From an uncultured Planctomycetota bacterium (GTDB lineage: Bacteria; Planctomycetota; Planctomycetia; Gemmatales; Gemmataceae), in NCBI GenBank assembly GCA_963849325.1, contig CAWKHF010000012.1, forward strand, positions 192,001-256,000: a DNA stretch of 64,000 bases. The letters are read 5' to 3'. The notes under the pieces are model-generated. The model was not told the DNA's origin. It worked only from the letters and a program-made list of their open reading frames with translations, and ran no database searches. Shown in pieces: positions 20,929-36,466 of this stretch; within the stretch, counting starts at the first letter, position 1, and each line of letters opens with the position of its first letter. A program made the position numbers and the translations under genes.

Positions 20929-22808
20929 CGGATCGCCGTCCTTCCTCCTTGGGCTTCATCACCACGGCCGACTCGCCTGGCAGACGCCAACCGTCCTCTC
21001 CCTCCTCGGCGACGGCCGAATCGCCACCATAGCGCAAGTCTTCACTGCTCCACAGAACCTCCCAGCCCATGCCGTCGTCGGGAGCGAGCAGCGGCTCCGG
21101 CGATGGACCCACCAGCAAGTCTTGCCCCAGGTTCACCAGCAGCAGCCGGTCGTCGCCGGACTCGCCGAAGTAACGCAGCACAAAGGCGTGCGGCCCCAAA
21201 ACGGCCCCATCCACGCCGCCGGGCCGCTGCGCTCGGAACACCGGATCCTCGCGACGAAGCCGAATCAGGTCGCGGTGCAGGGCGTACACCTCAGCGTGCT
21301 TCTGCCGCTCCGAAAAATCGAGTTTACAGCACTCAAAAGTCGCCCTATCCGATGGATCGGGTACGCTCTCCTGGACGGCCAGCGTCGCCTGGCTGGGGAA
21401 CTGGGCGAGGAACTCCTTGCGTCCCTTATGTACCAGACGGGCCAGCTCTGGCTTGTGGTCGGCGAAGAAGAGGAACGGACTGGAGGAGGCAAATTCTTGC
21501 CCCTGGAAGAGCATCGGCGTTCCCGGACTCAACAGCATCAGCGCCGTCAGCGCCCGGTAGCGACCGGGACCGGAGCGCCGGTGCGGCCGCAGGCCGCCCG
21601 TGTTGGACACCTGATCGTGGTTTTCCAGGAAGGTGACGAAGACACACGGCGGAGCGCCGACCGTCGCGCGTTCCGCGCCGCTTCTTCTGCCAGAGATAAT
21701 GCTGGCCCTGATAGAGAAAGCCGTGCTTGGCCGCCGAGATGAATTCCTGCGGCGTGCCTCGGTAGTCCGTGAAGTACGCCTCGGTTCGGCCGGTCAGGGC
21801 GACGTGGGCGGTGTGGTGGAAGTCGTCGTTCCACATGCCGTCGAAGCCGTGGCCGCCTTCCTCCATCGGTAGCACCAGGCGGATGTTCTGCGGCTCGTTC
21901 TCGGTGACAACGATCGTCGCCCGTCCCTTCGCCGCCGCACGCACGGCGCGGTTGATCGCGGTCAGGATGTGTTCGGGAGAGCTATCGTAGATGTTCTGCG
22001 TCGCGTCCAGACGCAGGCCGTCGAAGTGGTATTCGTCGATCCAGTAGGCGGCGTTGCCGGTGACGTACTCGCGCACCGGGCCGGAGTCCGGCCCGTCGTA
22101 GTTGATGGCCGGACCCCAGTCGGTCTTGTAGCGGTCGGTGACGTAGTCGTCGGCGAACTGGCCGAGGTAGTTGCCGTCCGGGCCGAGATGGTTGTACACC
22201 ACGTCGAGAAGGACGGCCATGCCCAGGGAGTGGGCACGGTCGATGAATCGGCAGGCGTCGTCGGGCGTGCCATAGAGGTGCGTTGGCGCGAACAGATTGA
22301 CGCCATCGTAGCCCCAGCCGAAACGGCCGACGAAGTCGGCCAGGGGCATGATTTCCAGGACGGTGACGCCCAGCGCCGCCAACTCGGGCAATTCGCGCTC
22401 CGCCGCCGCCCACGTTCCCTCGGGCGTGAAGGTGCCCAGGTGCATTTCATAAATCACCTGGCCCGGCAGGGACAGACCACGCCAGTCCTGATCGGTCCAG
22501 GCAAAGGCGTGCGGATCGACGACCTGCGACGGCCCGTGCGGACCTTCCGGTTGAAAGCGCGAAGCGGGATCGGGGTAGAGCGACGATTCGCCGTCCAACC
22601 GGAAGCGGTAGCGCGTGCCGGTCGGCGCGGCGGCAAGGGCGGCGAAGTAGCCGTCCCCCTCCGGAGTCAGCATGAAGGCACCCTCGGCGGGCCTTTCCAG
22701 GATCACCTCGACCCGGCGCCGCCGCGGCGCCCAGACGCGAAAATGCGTACGGCCGTCCCGCTGGACTTCCGCACCGATTGGCAGCCGGCGCTTGACCTCG
22801 TTGTTCAT
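20921..22808 (-). CDS. treZ: Malto-oligosyltrehalose trehalohydrolase (frameshifts near 21600-21680)
   Basis: FRVWAP, PDPASRFQPEGPHGPS, WGYDGV, DVVYNHLGPDGNY, DGLRLDA, WNDDFHH, PMLFQGQEF. Confidence 0.9.
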
Positions 22809-22843
22809 GCCGCTGTTGTACGCAAATGGAGTGCCGCCGAATC

Positions 22844-22902
22844 GTTTCGCCGCGACGCGCGGCGGAGCGCGACTCGCGCTCCGCCGCGCGTCGCGGCGAA
22901 AC
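22844..22902. repeat. Perfect 59-bp GC-rich palindrome in the divergent treZ/treS intergenic region
   Basis: 29-bp arms with a 1-nt centre. Confidence 0.9.
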
Positions 22903-23002
22903 AAAAATACGCACGCCCCCCTTGGCATAGATGCTGCCCTTCTCCGTAGAATTGCGAGGGTGTGCCCTCGTTGGTTTCGCCCCGATGCCGGCAGGTGTTA
23001 CC

Positions 23003-26340
<3,338 letters not shown>

Positions 26341-26364
26341 GGCGTATTCCCGATCGGACAAAAC

Positions 26365-26430
26365 TTGTCCGAGCCTGAAGCGTAAGCGAAGGAAAACATT
26401 AACCTTCGCTTACGTTTCAGGCTCGGACAA
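26365..26430. repeat. REP-like palindrome family A
   Basis: Same arms as 18346 and 40013. Confidence 0.9.
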
Positions 26431-26472
26431 AAACGGTTTGTCCGCCAGCACGAATTGGCGAGGAGTTTTATC

Positions 26473-28700
<2,228 letters not shown>

Positions 28701-28710
28701 GGACACGGTT

Positions 28711-28809
28711 GCCGCTTGCGGTTTAGCGCTAAGTGTCTGTCCGGTAAGCCCCTCTCCCCCGAGTACAGGGGAGAGGGGCTTACCGGACAGACTCTAAGCC
28801 GCAAGCGGC
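28711..28809. repeat. Nested hairpin (outer GCCGCTTGCGG, inner CCCCTCTCCCC REP-like arms)
   Basis: The outer arms enclose an inner 25-bp-arm hairpin at 28735-28792. Confidence 0.8.
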
Positions 28810-28829
28810 CCTGGATTTGGCGGACCCTC

Positions 28830-31800
28830 ATGACCCACGCCGAAGTGCTCGCCGCCTTGCTGGCCGACGTCGAGCGCGAAGCGGCCGACCGCCGCTGCGC
28901 CCGGAGGCGACCTATCGTCTGCAATTCCACGCCGGCTTCACCTTCCGCGACGCCGCCCACATCGCGCCCTATCTGCACGAACTGGGCATCAGCCACGTCT
29001 ATGCCTCGCCCTATCTCAAGGCCCGGCCCGGCAGCAAGCACGGCTACGACGTCCTCGATCACCAGCACCTCAACCCCGAGATCGGCAGCGAGGCCGACTA
29101 CTCCGCCTTCCTCGACGCCCTGCGCCGCCACGACCTCGGCCAAATTCTCGATGTGGTGCCCAATCACATGGGCATCGTCGGCAACGAGAACGTCTGGTGG
29201 AACGACGTACTGGAAAACGGGCCGTCCTCGCCCTACGCCAACTATTTCGACATCGCCTGGCAGGCATCGCCGCGGCCGAGCCTGCGCGATCGCGTCCTGC
29301 TGCCGCTGCTCGGCGAGCACTACGGTAAGGCGCTCGAATCGCAGCAAATCCGCCTGCACTACGACAATGGCGCCTTCACCGTCCACTATTTCGAGCACCG
29401 TCTGCCCGTCGCCCCCGATACCTGGAACCGCATTCTCACCCACGACCTCGACCGGCTGGAAGCGACGCTGGGCAAGGATTCGCCGCACTTTCAGGAGTAC
29501 CAGAGCATCCTGACGGCCGTGCGCAACCTGCCGGTTCGCACCGAGCCGAGCGCGGAACGCATTGCCGAGCGCCAGCGCGAGAAGGAGGTCATCAAGCGCC
29601 GCCTGGCCGTCCTGACCGATAGCAACGCCGAGGTCCGCGACCACCTCGCCGCCGTGGTGGCGCGCTTCAACGGCGACTCCGCCGACCCGCACAGCTTCGA
29701 CCTGCTCGACGCCCTGCTCGACGAACAGCCCTATCGTCTGTCGTCCTGGCGCGTCGCCTCCGACGAGATCAATTACCGCCGCTTCTTCGACATCAACGAA
29801 TTGGCCGCCCTGCGCATGGAGCGCCCGGAGGTCTTCGCCGCCACGCACGCCCTGGTCCTACGCCTGCTGCGCGAGCGCAAACTGTCCGGCCTGCGCATCG
29901 ACCATCCCGACGGTCTGTTCGACCCGCGCCAGTACCTGCGCCGCCTCCAGCGCCACTACTTGCTGGAGCTGGCCCGGCAGGCGTACCAGTCGCATCACGA
30001 GTACCAGTCCATCGACTGGACCGACCTGGAGGGGCCGCTGCTGGAACGCATCGACGCCGGCGCCCTGCCCGAGCGCGCGCTGTACGTCGTCGTGGAAAAG
30101 ATCCTCGGCAGCGGCGAGTCGCTGCCGGCCGACTGGCCCGTCCACGGCACGACCGGCTACGACTTCCTCAACCTCGTCGGCGGCCTGTTCGTCGATGCGG
30201 TCGGGTCTCGGCCGTTCACGTCGCTGTATCGTCACTGGGTCGAGGACTACACACCGTTTCCGATGGTGGTGTACCAAAAAAAGCTCCTTATTCTCCAATT
30301 ATCGCTGTCGAGCGAATTGCAGATGCTGGCGCTGGCGCTGGATCGCTTGGCCCAGCATCGTCGCTGGTCGCGCGATTTCACCTTCCACAGTCTGCGCCGC
30401 GTCCTCCGCGAAGTCGTGGCGTGCTTTCCCGTGTATCGCTCCTACGTCGCCGGCGGCACCGTCCACGACGAGGACCGCAAGTACATCGACATCGCCATCC
30501 GCACGGCCCGGCTGCGCAATCCGACGCTCAACCGTTCGCACTTCCTCTTCCTGCGCGACATGCTGCTGCTGCGCCACGACGAGCACGTCGGTGACGAGGA
30601 GATCGCGGAGCCGCAGCGATTCGTCGGCCAGTTCCAGCAGGTGACGGCGCCGGTGATGGCCAAGGGGCTGGAGGACACGGCCTTTTACGTCTACAACCGC
30701 CTGCTCGCGCTCAACGAGGTCGGCGGCGACCCGGCCCGCTTCGGCATCGCCCCCTCGGCCGTGCATCAGGCGCTGGCCGTGCGCCAGCAGCACTTTCCCT
30801 ACGCTCTCTCGACGACCGCGACGCATGACACCAAGCGCGGCGAGGACGTCCGCGCTCGCATCAGCGTGCTGTCCGAGATGCCCGACGACTGGCGCGACCG
30901 CCCTGGAACGCTGGAGTTCCCTGAATGAACCGCACCGCGTTCAGGTGGAGGACGACAAGGCGCCGGATCGCAACGTCGAATATTTCCTGTATCAGACGCT
31001 GCTCGGCGCCTGGCCGGTGGGGCCGTGTACCGAGGCGGAGTACGCCGACTTCGTCGGCCGCATCCAGGCGTACATGGAGAAGGCCACGCACGAGGCCAAG
31101 GTCCACACCAGTTGGATCAACCCCAACGCCGACTACGACGACGCCCTGCGCCAGTTTGTCGGCCGCATCCTCGATCCTGCCGTCAGCGCGGAGTTCCTCG
31201 CCGACTTCGTCGCCTTCCAGGGACGCATCCGCCGTTATGGTTTCTTCAATGGGCTGGCGCAGTGCCTGCTCAAGATCGCGGCGCCGGGAACGCCGGACAC
31301 CTACCAGGGAACGGAGCTATGGGACTTCAACCTGGTCGATCCGGATAATCGCCGGCCGGTCGATTACGACCAGCGCCGCCGACGGCTCAACGAGTTGCTC
31401 GAACGGTCGCGCGAGTTGGGATCTCGCGGCGAGCTGGCTGCCGAACTGGTGGAGACGATGGCCGATGGACGCATCAAGCTGTATGTCACCGCCCTGTCCC
31501 TGCGCTGCCGCCAAGCGCATCCGGGTCTGTTCTCGTCCGGCTCGTATACGCCGGTCGAAGCCGTGGGACCGCGGGCCGAGCACGTCTTCAGCTTCATCCG
31601 CCGAGATGACGAGAGAGCGGCCCTCGTCGCCGTGCCTCGACTGGTGGCGAAACTACAGCCGGACGCCGCCGACTTGCCGCACGGCCCGGCCGTATGGGGC
31701 GAGACGATGCTGCCGGTGCCGGAGGAGTTGGCCGATCGTTCCTGGCATTCGCTTTTCACCGGCGAGGTGCTGACAACGAGGGAGCACCAGGGCGGACACA

Positions 31801-31919
31801 CTCTGTCGGCGGCGCAGGTGTTTGGACGTTTCCCCGTCGCGCTACTGCTCGATCAGTCCCAAGGCCCATTGTCGGAGACCCCAAACCGAGTTTGCGAACC
31901 GGGGAGAGAAGATGGATAA
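28830..31919 (+). CDS. treY: Malto-oligosyltrehalose synthase (frameshifts near 28895 and 30900)
   Basis: ATYRLQF, GSKHGYDV, DVVPNHMG, NYRRFFDIN, LRIDHPDGL, VEKIL, THDTKRGED, YQGTELWD..LVDPDNRRPVD. Confidence 0.93.
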
Positions 31920-31933
31920 GACGGACGCGGACA

Positions 31934-32278
31934 TCAAGAATCCGTCAGCGAAACCACGAGACGCTTGCCCACAGCCTCCGCGTATCGCATCAACGTCTCG
32001 ATCGTGGGATTGGGCCGCTGGCCGGTTTCGAGTTTCGAGAGGGCGGATCGATCCATGCCGGTTAACTGGGTCAGGTCGGCCAGGCTCAGACCGCGCTCTT
32101 CGCGTGCAGCCTTCAACTGTCCGAGCAGCGTTTCCAGTTCGCCGAAGGCCGTCATGCGCTCGTGATGCCGGTCGATCAGTTCCGGCAATTCCCCCGCGAC
32201 CTGATCCCGAATCGCGCGGTACCTGGCAGCTTCCTCCGGCGTGAGGTGCCGGTTGCGGTTGATGCGACGCATGGTCAT
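31934..32278 (-). CDS. XRE/HTH antitoxin-like regulator
   Basis: LKAAREERGLSLADL...SALSKLETG...NPTIETL. Overlaps the stop codon of the upstream gene. Confidence 0.85.
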   Translation of the reverse strand: MTMRRINRNRHLTPEEAARYRAIRDQVAGELPELIDRHHERMTAFGELETLLGQLKAAREERGLSLADLTQLTGMDRSALSKLETGQRPNPTIETLMRYAEAVGKRLVVSLTDS

Positions 32279-32541
32279 GACCGATGTTTCCTCGGGACTT
32301 CGTAGGCGGTCACCGGATAAACGGTGTCCGCATCGACCTCTTCATACACCACCATCACGTGTCGGCCCGTGCTGGTATCTCCGAACACCACAGGTCGCCC
32401 GGATGATCGGCTGACGTCTGCGTCCGTCGCTTTCTGGAGTACCTCTTCGACCTCTTCTTTCGTAATACCGTGCTCGGCGCAGTACTGCACGTTGCCATCC
32501 GGGTCGTCATCGAGATCCCAGAGAATCGCATCAAATGACAT
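32275..32541 (-). CDS. BrnT/DUF4258-like toxin of a type II TA pair
   Basis: WD...N...EHGITKEEVEEVL, FGDTSTGRHVMVVYE, PVTAY. Confidence 0.7.
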   Translation of the reverse strand: MSFDAILWDLDDDPDGNVQYCAEHGITKEEVEEVLQKATDADVSRSSGRPVVFGDTSTGRHVMVVYEEVDADTVYPVTAYEVPRKHRS

Positions 32542-32624
32542 GACTCTTGGTTCCCTGGGATGTAGTATTATAATACCACAATCTCACCTGGGAAGTCAAT
32601 GAATGATGCTCTCGCCGGGGTCAA

Positions 32625-33737
32625 TTATCCCCAAACGACGCGCAAAACCAGCGTGTCTTCGTCCGCCGGTTCCACGGTCAGCGTGCCACCGAGCTGCCGC
32701 AAGAGCGACTGCCCGGCCTGACGGCCGACCTCATCGAGATTGTCCCACAGCACCACCTGGGCCGGTGGCGCGCCGCCCTCCTCGCTCAGACCCGCCGGCG
32801 CCTCCGCCATTTCCACGATCAGCGCGGCGCCGTCCGGTCGCTTCTCCGTCCGCAGCCGCACCGCCGCCTTCGTCCCGGCGCACACGCCCTCCAGAATGAG
32901 GCGAACGAGTTGCTTGACGGTGCTGCGCGTCCTCGAGATCGACGGCGATTCCGCGTCGAACTGCATCGAGACGCGACGGCGCAACTCCGGCTCGTCCGCC
33001 ACGACCTCGACGACGATGCCGTTCAGATCGACCGCGTAGGACTTCTCGCGCCGCTCCTGGACGACGTGCTGGAGCGAGCGGACCAGCGCCGCCGCCTGCG
33101 CCCCGTGCTGGCGGATGGCGGACAGTTCCTGCCGTGTCTTCTCGTCCACGCGCAGCTGGACCACCGAGGTTTGCAGCATCATACTGTTAAGCGCGTTGTT
33201 CAACTCGTGGGCGAGGCCGACCAGCGCCTGACCCAGCAGCGCGAATCGCGCCAGCTCCGTTTGCTCGCGGCGCATCGTCTCCACGGCCCAGCGCAAGGCC
33301 GTCGCCGGAGCGGCCACGGCCAACAGCGCTTCGGCCCGTGCCACTTCCTCCTTCAACGTCCCTTCGGGCAGGGCGATCGCCAGGAAGCCGCGCCGGCGCT
33401 CCTCCTCGTGGATGGCCGCCGCCAGCGTCCGCACGCCGGACACAGCGGGCAGCGTTTGCACCCCCGTGGCCAGAGTGTCCAAGGATGCCAGTTGCGCGCG
33501 CCACGCTTCTTTCCGCTCCGAACCGGATGTGTCCTTTTCCGGGCGAACGGACAGACAATCGACGCCCTCGCCGCGGAGCAGGCAGGCGGTTCGGACGGCT
33601 GCGGGGAGGAGTTCGAGCAGCAAATCGGCGAGGCGGGCGGCGCGTTCCTCCGGCGCGGACGATTGCCGCAACAACACCGTGATGCCTGCCTGGCAGCGGC
33701 CCAGCAGGTCGGCCAAATCGGAGGAGGGGCCATTCAT
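32625..33737 (-). CDS. Histidine-kinase-like protein with HisKA H-box and degenerate ATPase domain
   Basis: GLAHELNNAL is present. Canonical N, G1 and G2 boxes are not recognisable. Confidence 0.65.
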   Translation of the reverse strand: MNGPSSDLADLLGRCQAGITVLLRQSSAPEERAARLADLLLELLPAAVRTACLLRGEGVDCLSVRPEKDTSGSERKEAWRAQLASLDTLATGVQTLPAVSGVRTLAAAIHEEERRRGFLAIALPEGTLKEEVARAEALLAVAAPATALRWAVETMRREQTELARFALLGQALVGLAHELNNALNSMMLQTSVVQLRVDEKTRQELSAIRQHGAQAAALVRSLQHVVQERREKSYAVDLNGIVVEVVADEPELRRRVSMQFDAESPSISRTRSTVKQLVRLILEGVCAGTKAAVRLRTEKRPDGAALIVEMAEAPAGLSEEGGAPPAQVVLWDNLDEVGRQAGQSLLRQLGGTLTVEPADEDTLVLRVVWG

Positions 33738-34093
33738 GAGCAAATCCCTCCGAGCCGGAAGCAGAGACGAAGAGTGTCCTTGCTTACGCCTCCGGCTCGG
33801 GTTGGTCCATTTTGACCGTTCGTTCTTTGCATCTACCGTGCCGCCCAGCATCACCCAGCCGAACGCGCAACCAACCGAATCCGCTCCATTGGCATCGCGG
33901 TTGCCTCTCATTCTAGTAGCTGCGGGACGAGGCGTTGGTGTCCGCGAAGTACGGACAGTTCCATGACAGGAAACAGAGGGAGGCGGGCCTCCTTCGATCC
34001 GTCCGAGAAATCGGGCGAGGCTCTGGATGGACTCCAGGGAGGCGCAGGCGGCCGGTGGGACCACCGGCCGCCTGGTTTTTCGATCCCACCCTC

Positions 34094-35491
34094 TTACTCT
34101 TCCTTGAACGATTCCTTCTTGATGTTGTATTCGGCCAGCTTGGCGGAGATGCTGCGCCGCGACAGGCCGCAGATTTTGGCACATCGACCAACGTTGCCCC
34201 GGCTCTTTTTCATGGCGCGGGCCAGATAGCGGCGCTCCAGGTCGATGGTCACCTCGCGCAGCAAGTCCGGAAGCGGTTTGCTCAGATCGACCGCCGCCCC
34301 GCCGTCGCTGGAGCGGACGTGCAGGACTTCCAGGGGCAGATCCTCCGCCTGAATGCTCGGACCTCGCGCCGTGACGCAGGCGCGCTCGACGGCGTTCTCC
34401 AGCTCGCGGATGTTACCCGGCCACGAGTGGTTGAGGAGCTTTTCCATCGCCTCGGGCGCGAACGTCTTCGGCGCGTCGTTGGGCCGAGCGTGCTTGCCGG
34501 CGAAGTGCGTCGCCAACAGCGGAATGTCCTCGGGACGATCGCGCAGCGGCGGCAAGTCAATCTTGACCACGTTGAGCCGATAGTACAGGTCCTCGCGGAA
34601 CTTGCCCTTCTTGACCAGTCCCGGTAGTCCGCGGTTGGTGGCCGCGATGACGCGCACGTCCACCTCGATGCTGGCCGTCCCGCCGACGCGCTCGAAACAG
34701 CGTTCCTGGAGCACGCGCAGCAGCTTGGCCTGCATCGGCATCGGAATGTCGCCCACCTCGTCCAGAAACAGCGTACCGCCGTCGGCCTGCTCGAAACGAC
34801 CCTTGCGCTGGCTGACCGCTCCGGTGAACGAGCCTTTCTCGTGGCCGAACAGTTCGCTCTCCAGTAGCGTCTCCGGCAGGGCGGCGCAGTTGACGGCCAC
34901 GAACGGGCCGGAGCGCAGTTCCGAGGAGGCGTCGTGAATGGCCCGCGCCACCTGCTCCTTGCCGGTGCCCGTTTCCCCTTCGATCAGTACCGTCGTCGTC
35001 GTCTGGGCCACACTGCGGATCAGTTCGAAGACCGCGTGCATCTTCGGGTTGACGCTGAGCACGCCGCGAAAGGCGTACTGGTCCTGAAGACGCTCGCGCA
35101 GCTGCAAGACCTCGTCCTGTAGGGTCCGCTCGCGCAGGATGCGCTCGACCACCAGACGCAAGTGCTCCGGCTCGACCGGCTTGGCCATGAAATCGTAGGC
35201 CCCCATGCGCATGGCTTGAACGGCATGGTCAATGCTCCCAAATCCGGTCATGACGATGACCGTCACGGGTAACTTGCGTTCCTGAATGCGTTCAATGAGC
35301 TTCATGCCATCCAGGCGGGGCATCTGCAAATCGGTCAGCAGGATACTGTACTGATGCTCGCCCAGGGCGCGGAGAGCGGCCTCGCCATCGCCGACGGTAT
35401 CGACCGTGAACTGCCCTCCCGCCTCCAGCAAAGTCCGCAGTTGCTCGGAAGTGGCCTTGGAATCCTCGGCGAGCAGAATTCGTCGTTCCAT
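34094..35491 (-). CDS. Sigma-54-dependent response regulator (NtrC family)
   Basis: REC (TDLQMP), GETGTGKE, ESELFGHEKGSFTGA, LFLDEVG, REDLYYRL, WPGNIRELEN, Fis-type HTH. Confidence 0.93.
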   Translation of the reverse strand: MERRILLAEDSKATSEQLRTLLEAGGQFTVDTVGDGEAALRALGEHQYSILLTDLQMPRLDGMKLIERIQERKLPVTVIVMTGFGSIDHAVQAMRMGAYDFMAKPVEPEHLRLVVERILRERTLQDEVLQLRERLQDQYAFRGVLSVNPKMHAVFELIRSVAQTTTTVLIEGETGTGKEQVARAIHDASSELRSGPFVAVNCAALPETLLESELFGHEKGSFTGAVSQRKGRFEQADGGTLFLDEVGDIPMPMQAKLLRVLQERCFERVGGTASIEVDVRVIAATNRGLPGLVKKGKFREDLYYRLNVVKIDLPPLRDRPEDIPLLATHFAGKHARPNDAPKTFAPEAMEKLLNHSWPGNIRELENAVERACVTARGPSIQAEDLPLEVLHVRSSDGGAAVDLSKPLPDLLREVTIDLERRYLARAMKKSRGNVGRCAKICGLSRRSISAKLAEYNIKKESFKEE

Positions 35492-35702
35492 TGCGACCTC
35501 GCACGACAAAGGTGAGAACCTATTTGCATGGTAATGGGCAAGGTTATGCTTGACAAGCGCCTGCCGAGTTCGGGTCGCTTCCTTATCCTCTTGTCGTCCC
35601 GCCGGTTTTGGCATCAACTGTGCAGAGTGGTTTAGCATAACCCGGACCATTCCGGCCCGGCTCGTGTCCTCGCTCCCTTCCTCGAACGGATTGGGGATTG
35701 CC

Positions 35703-35894
35703 ATGTTGCGCTTGGCCTTGCTCTTGCTGGTGACCGCCTTGGCGGCGGGTTTCTGTGGTTTTGGCCTGGTCGCGGACCTCTCGTTCGCGGCGGCGCGACT
35801 GCTTTTCGGGGTGTTCCTCCTGTTGTCCGTGCTCGCCTTCGCCGCCGGCCTACTCGACGAGCACTCGGTTGACGGGCGATGGCTGGAACGCTGA
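35703..35894 (+). CDS. DUF1328-like small membrane protein
   Basis: MLRLALLLLVTALAAGFCGFGLVA...ARLLFGVFLLL two-TM pattern. Confidence 0.7.
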   Translation: MLRLALLLLVTALAAGFCGFGLVADLSFAAARLLFGVFLLLSVLAFAAGLLDEHSVDGRWLER

Positions 35895-36033
35895 GGAGAC
35901 TTCTCGTTCTCGCCTGCGACCTTGGTTCCCATGGAGAGGTCTGTTCTTGCTTCGTTGGTCGTGTCCAACCATCCGCAGGGCTGTCGGAGGCTGGCCATCC
36001 GGATCGCCCGAGCGATCCGGCAGGAGTACCGTG

Positions 36034-36438
36034 ATGGCAACGATCCTGCTGGTCGAAGATCATCCGATGAACCGGAAGTTGGTCCGCGACATCCTGCTCT
36101 TCCAGTTCGAGGTGGACGAGGCCGGCTCCGCCGAGGCAGCGCAGCAATATCTGCAAACCAACCGCCCCGACCTGATCCTGATGGACATTCAACTGCCCGG
36201 CATGGATGGCCTGACGTTGACGCGGCAACTCAAGGCCGACGCGGCCACGGCCGACATCCCCATCGTCGGCCTGTCCGCGCATGCCATGACCCGCGACGTG
36301 CAAATGGCCCGCGAGGCCGGCTGCGTGGATTACATTACCAAGCCCATCACGGACGATCCGTTCACGTTCCTGGAACGCATCGCCGGCTCCCTGACAGCGC
36401 ACAACGGTCAGTCGGAATCAACTTCGTCGCGATCCTGA
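36034..36438 (+). CDS. Single-domain response regulator (DivK-like)
   Basis: [32 protein letters not shown]. Confidence 0.9.
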   Translation: MATILLVEDHPMNRKLVRDILLFQFEVDEAGSAEAAQQYLQTNRPDLILMDIQLPGMDGLTLTRQLKADAATADIPIVGLSAHAMTRDVQMAREAGCVDYITKPITDDPFTFLERIAGSLTAHNGQSESTSSRS

Positions 36439-36466
36439 TGCGTTGCGCCTCGCCGGGAGCACGGTC

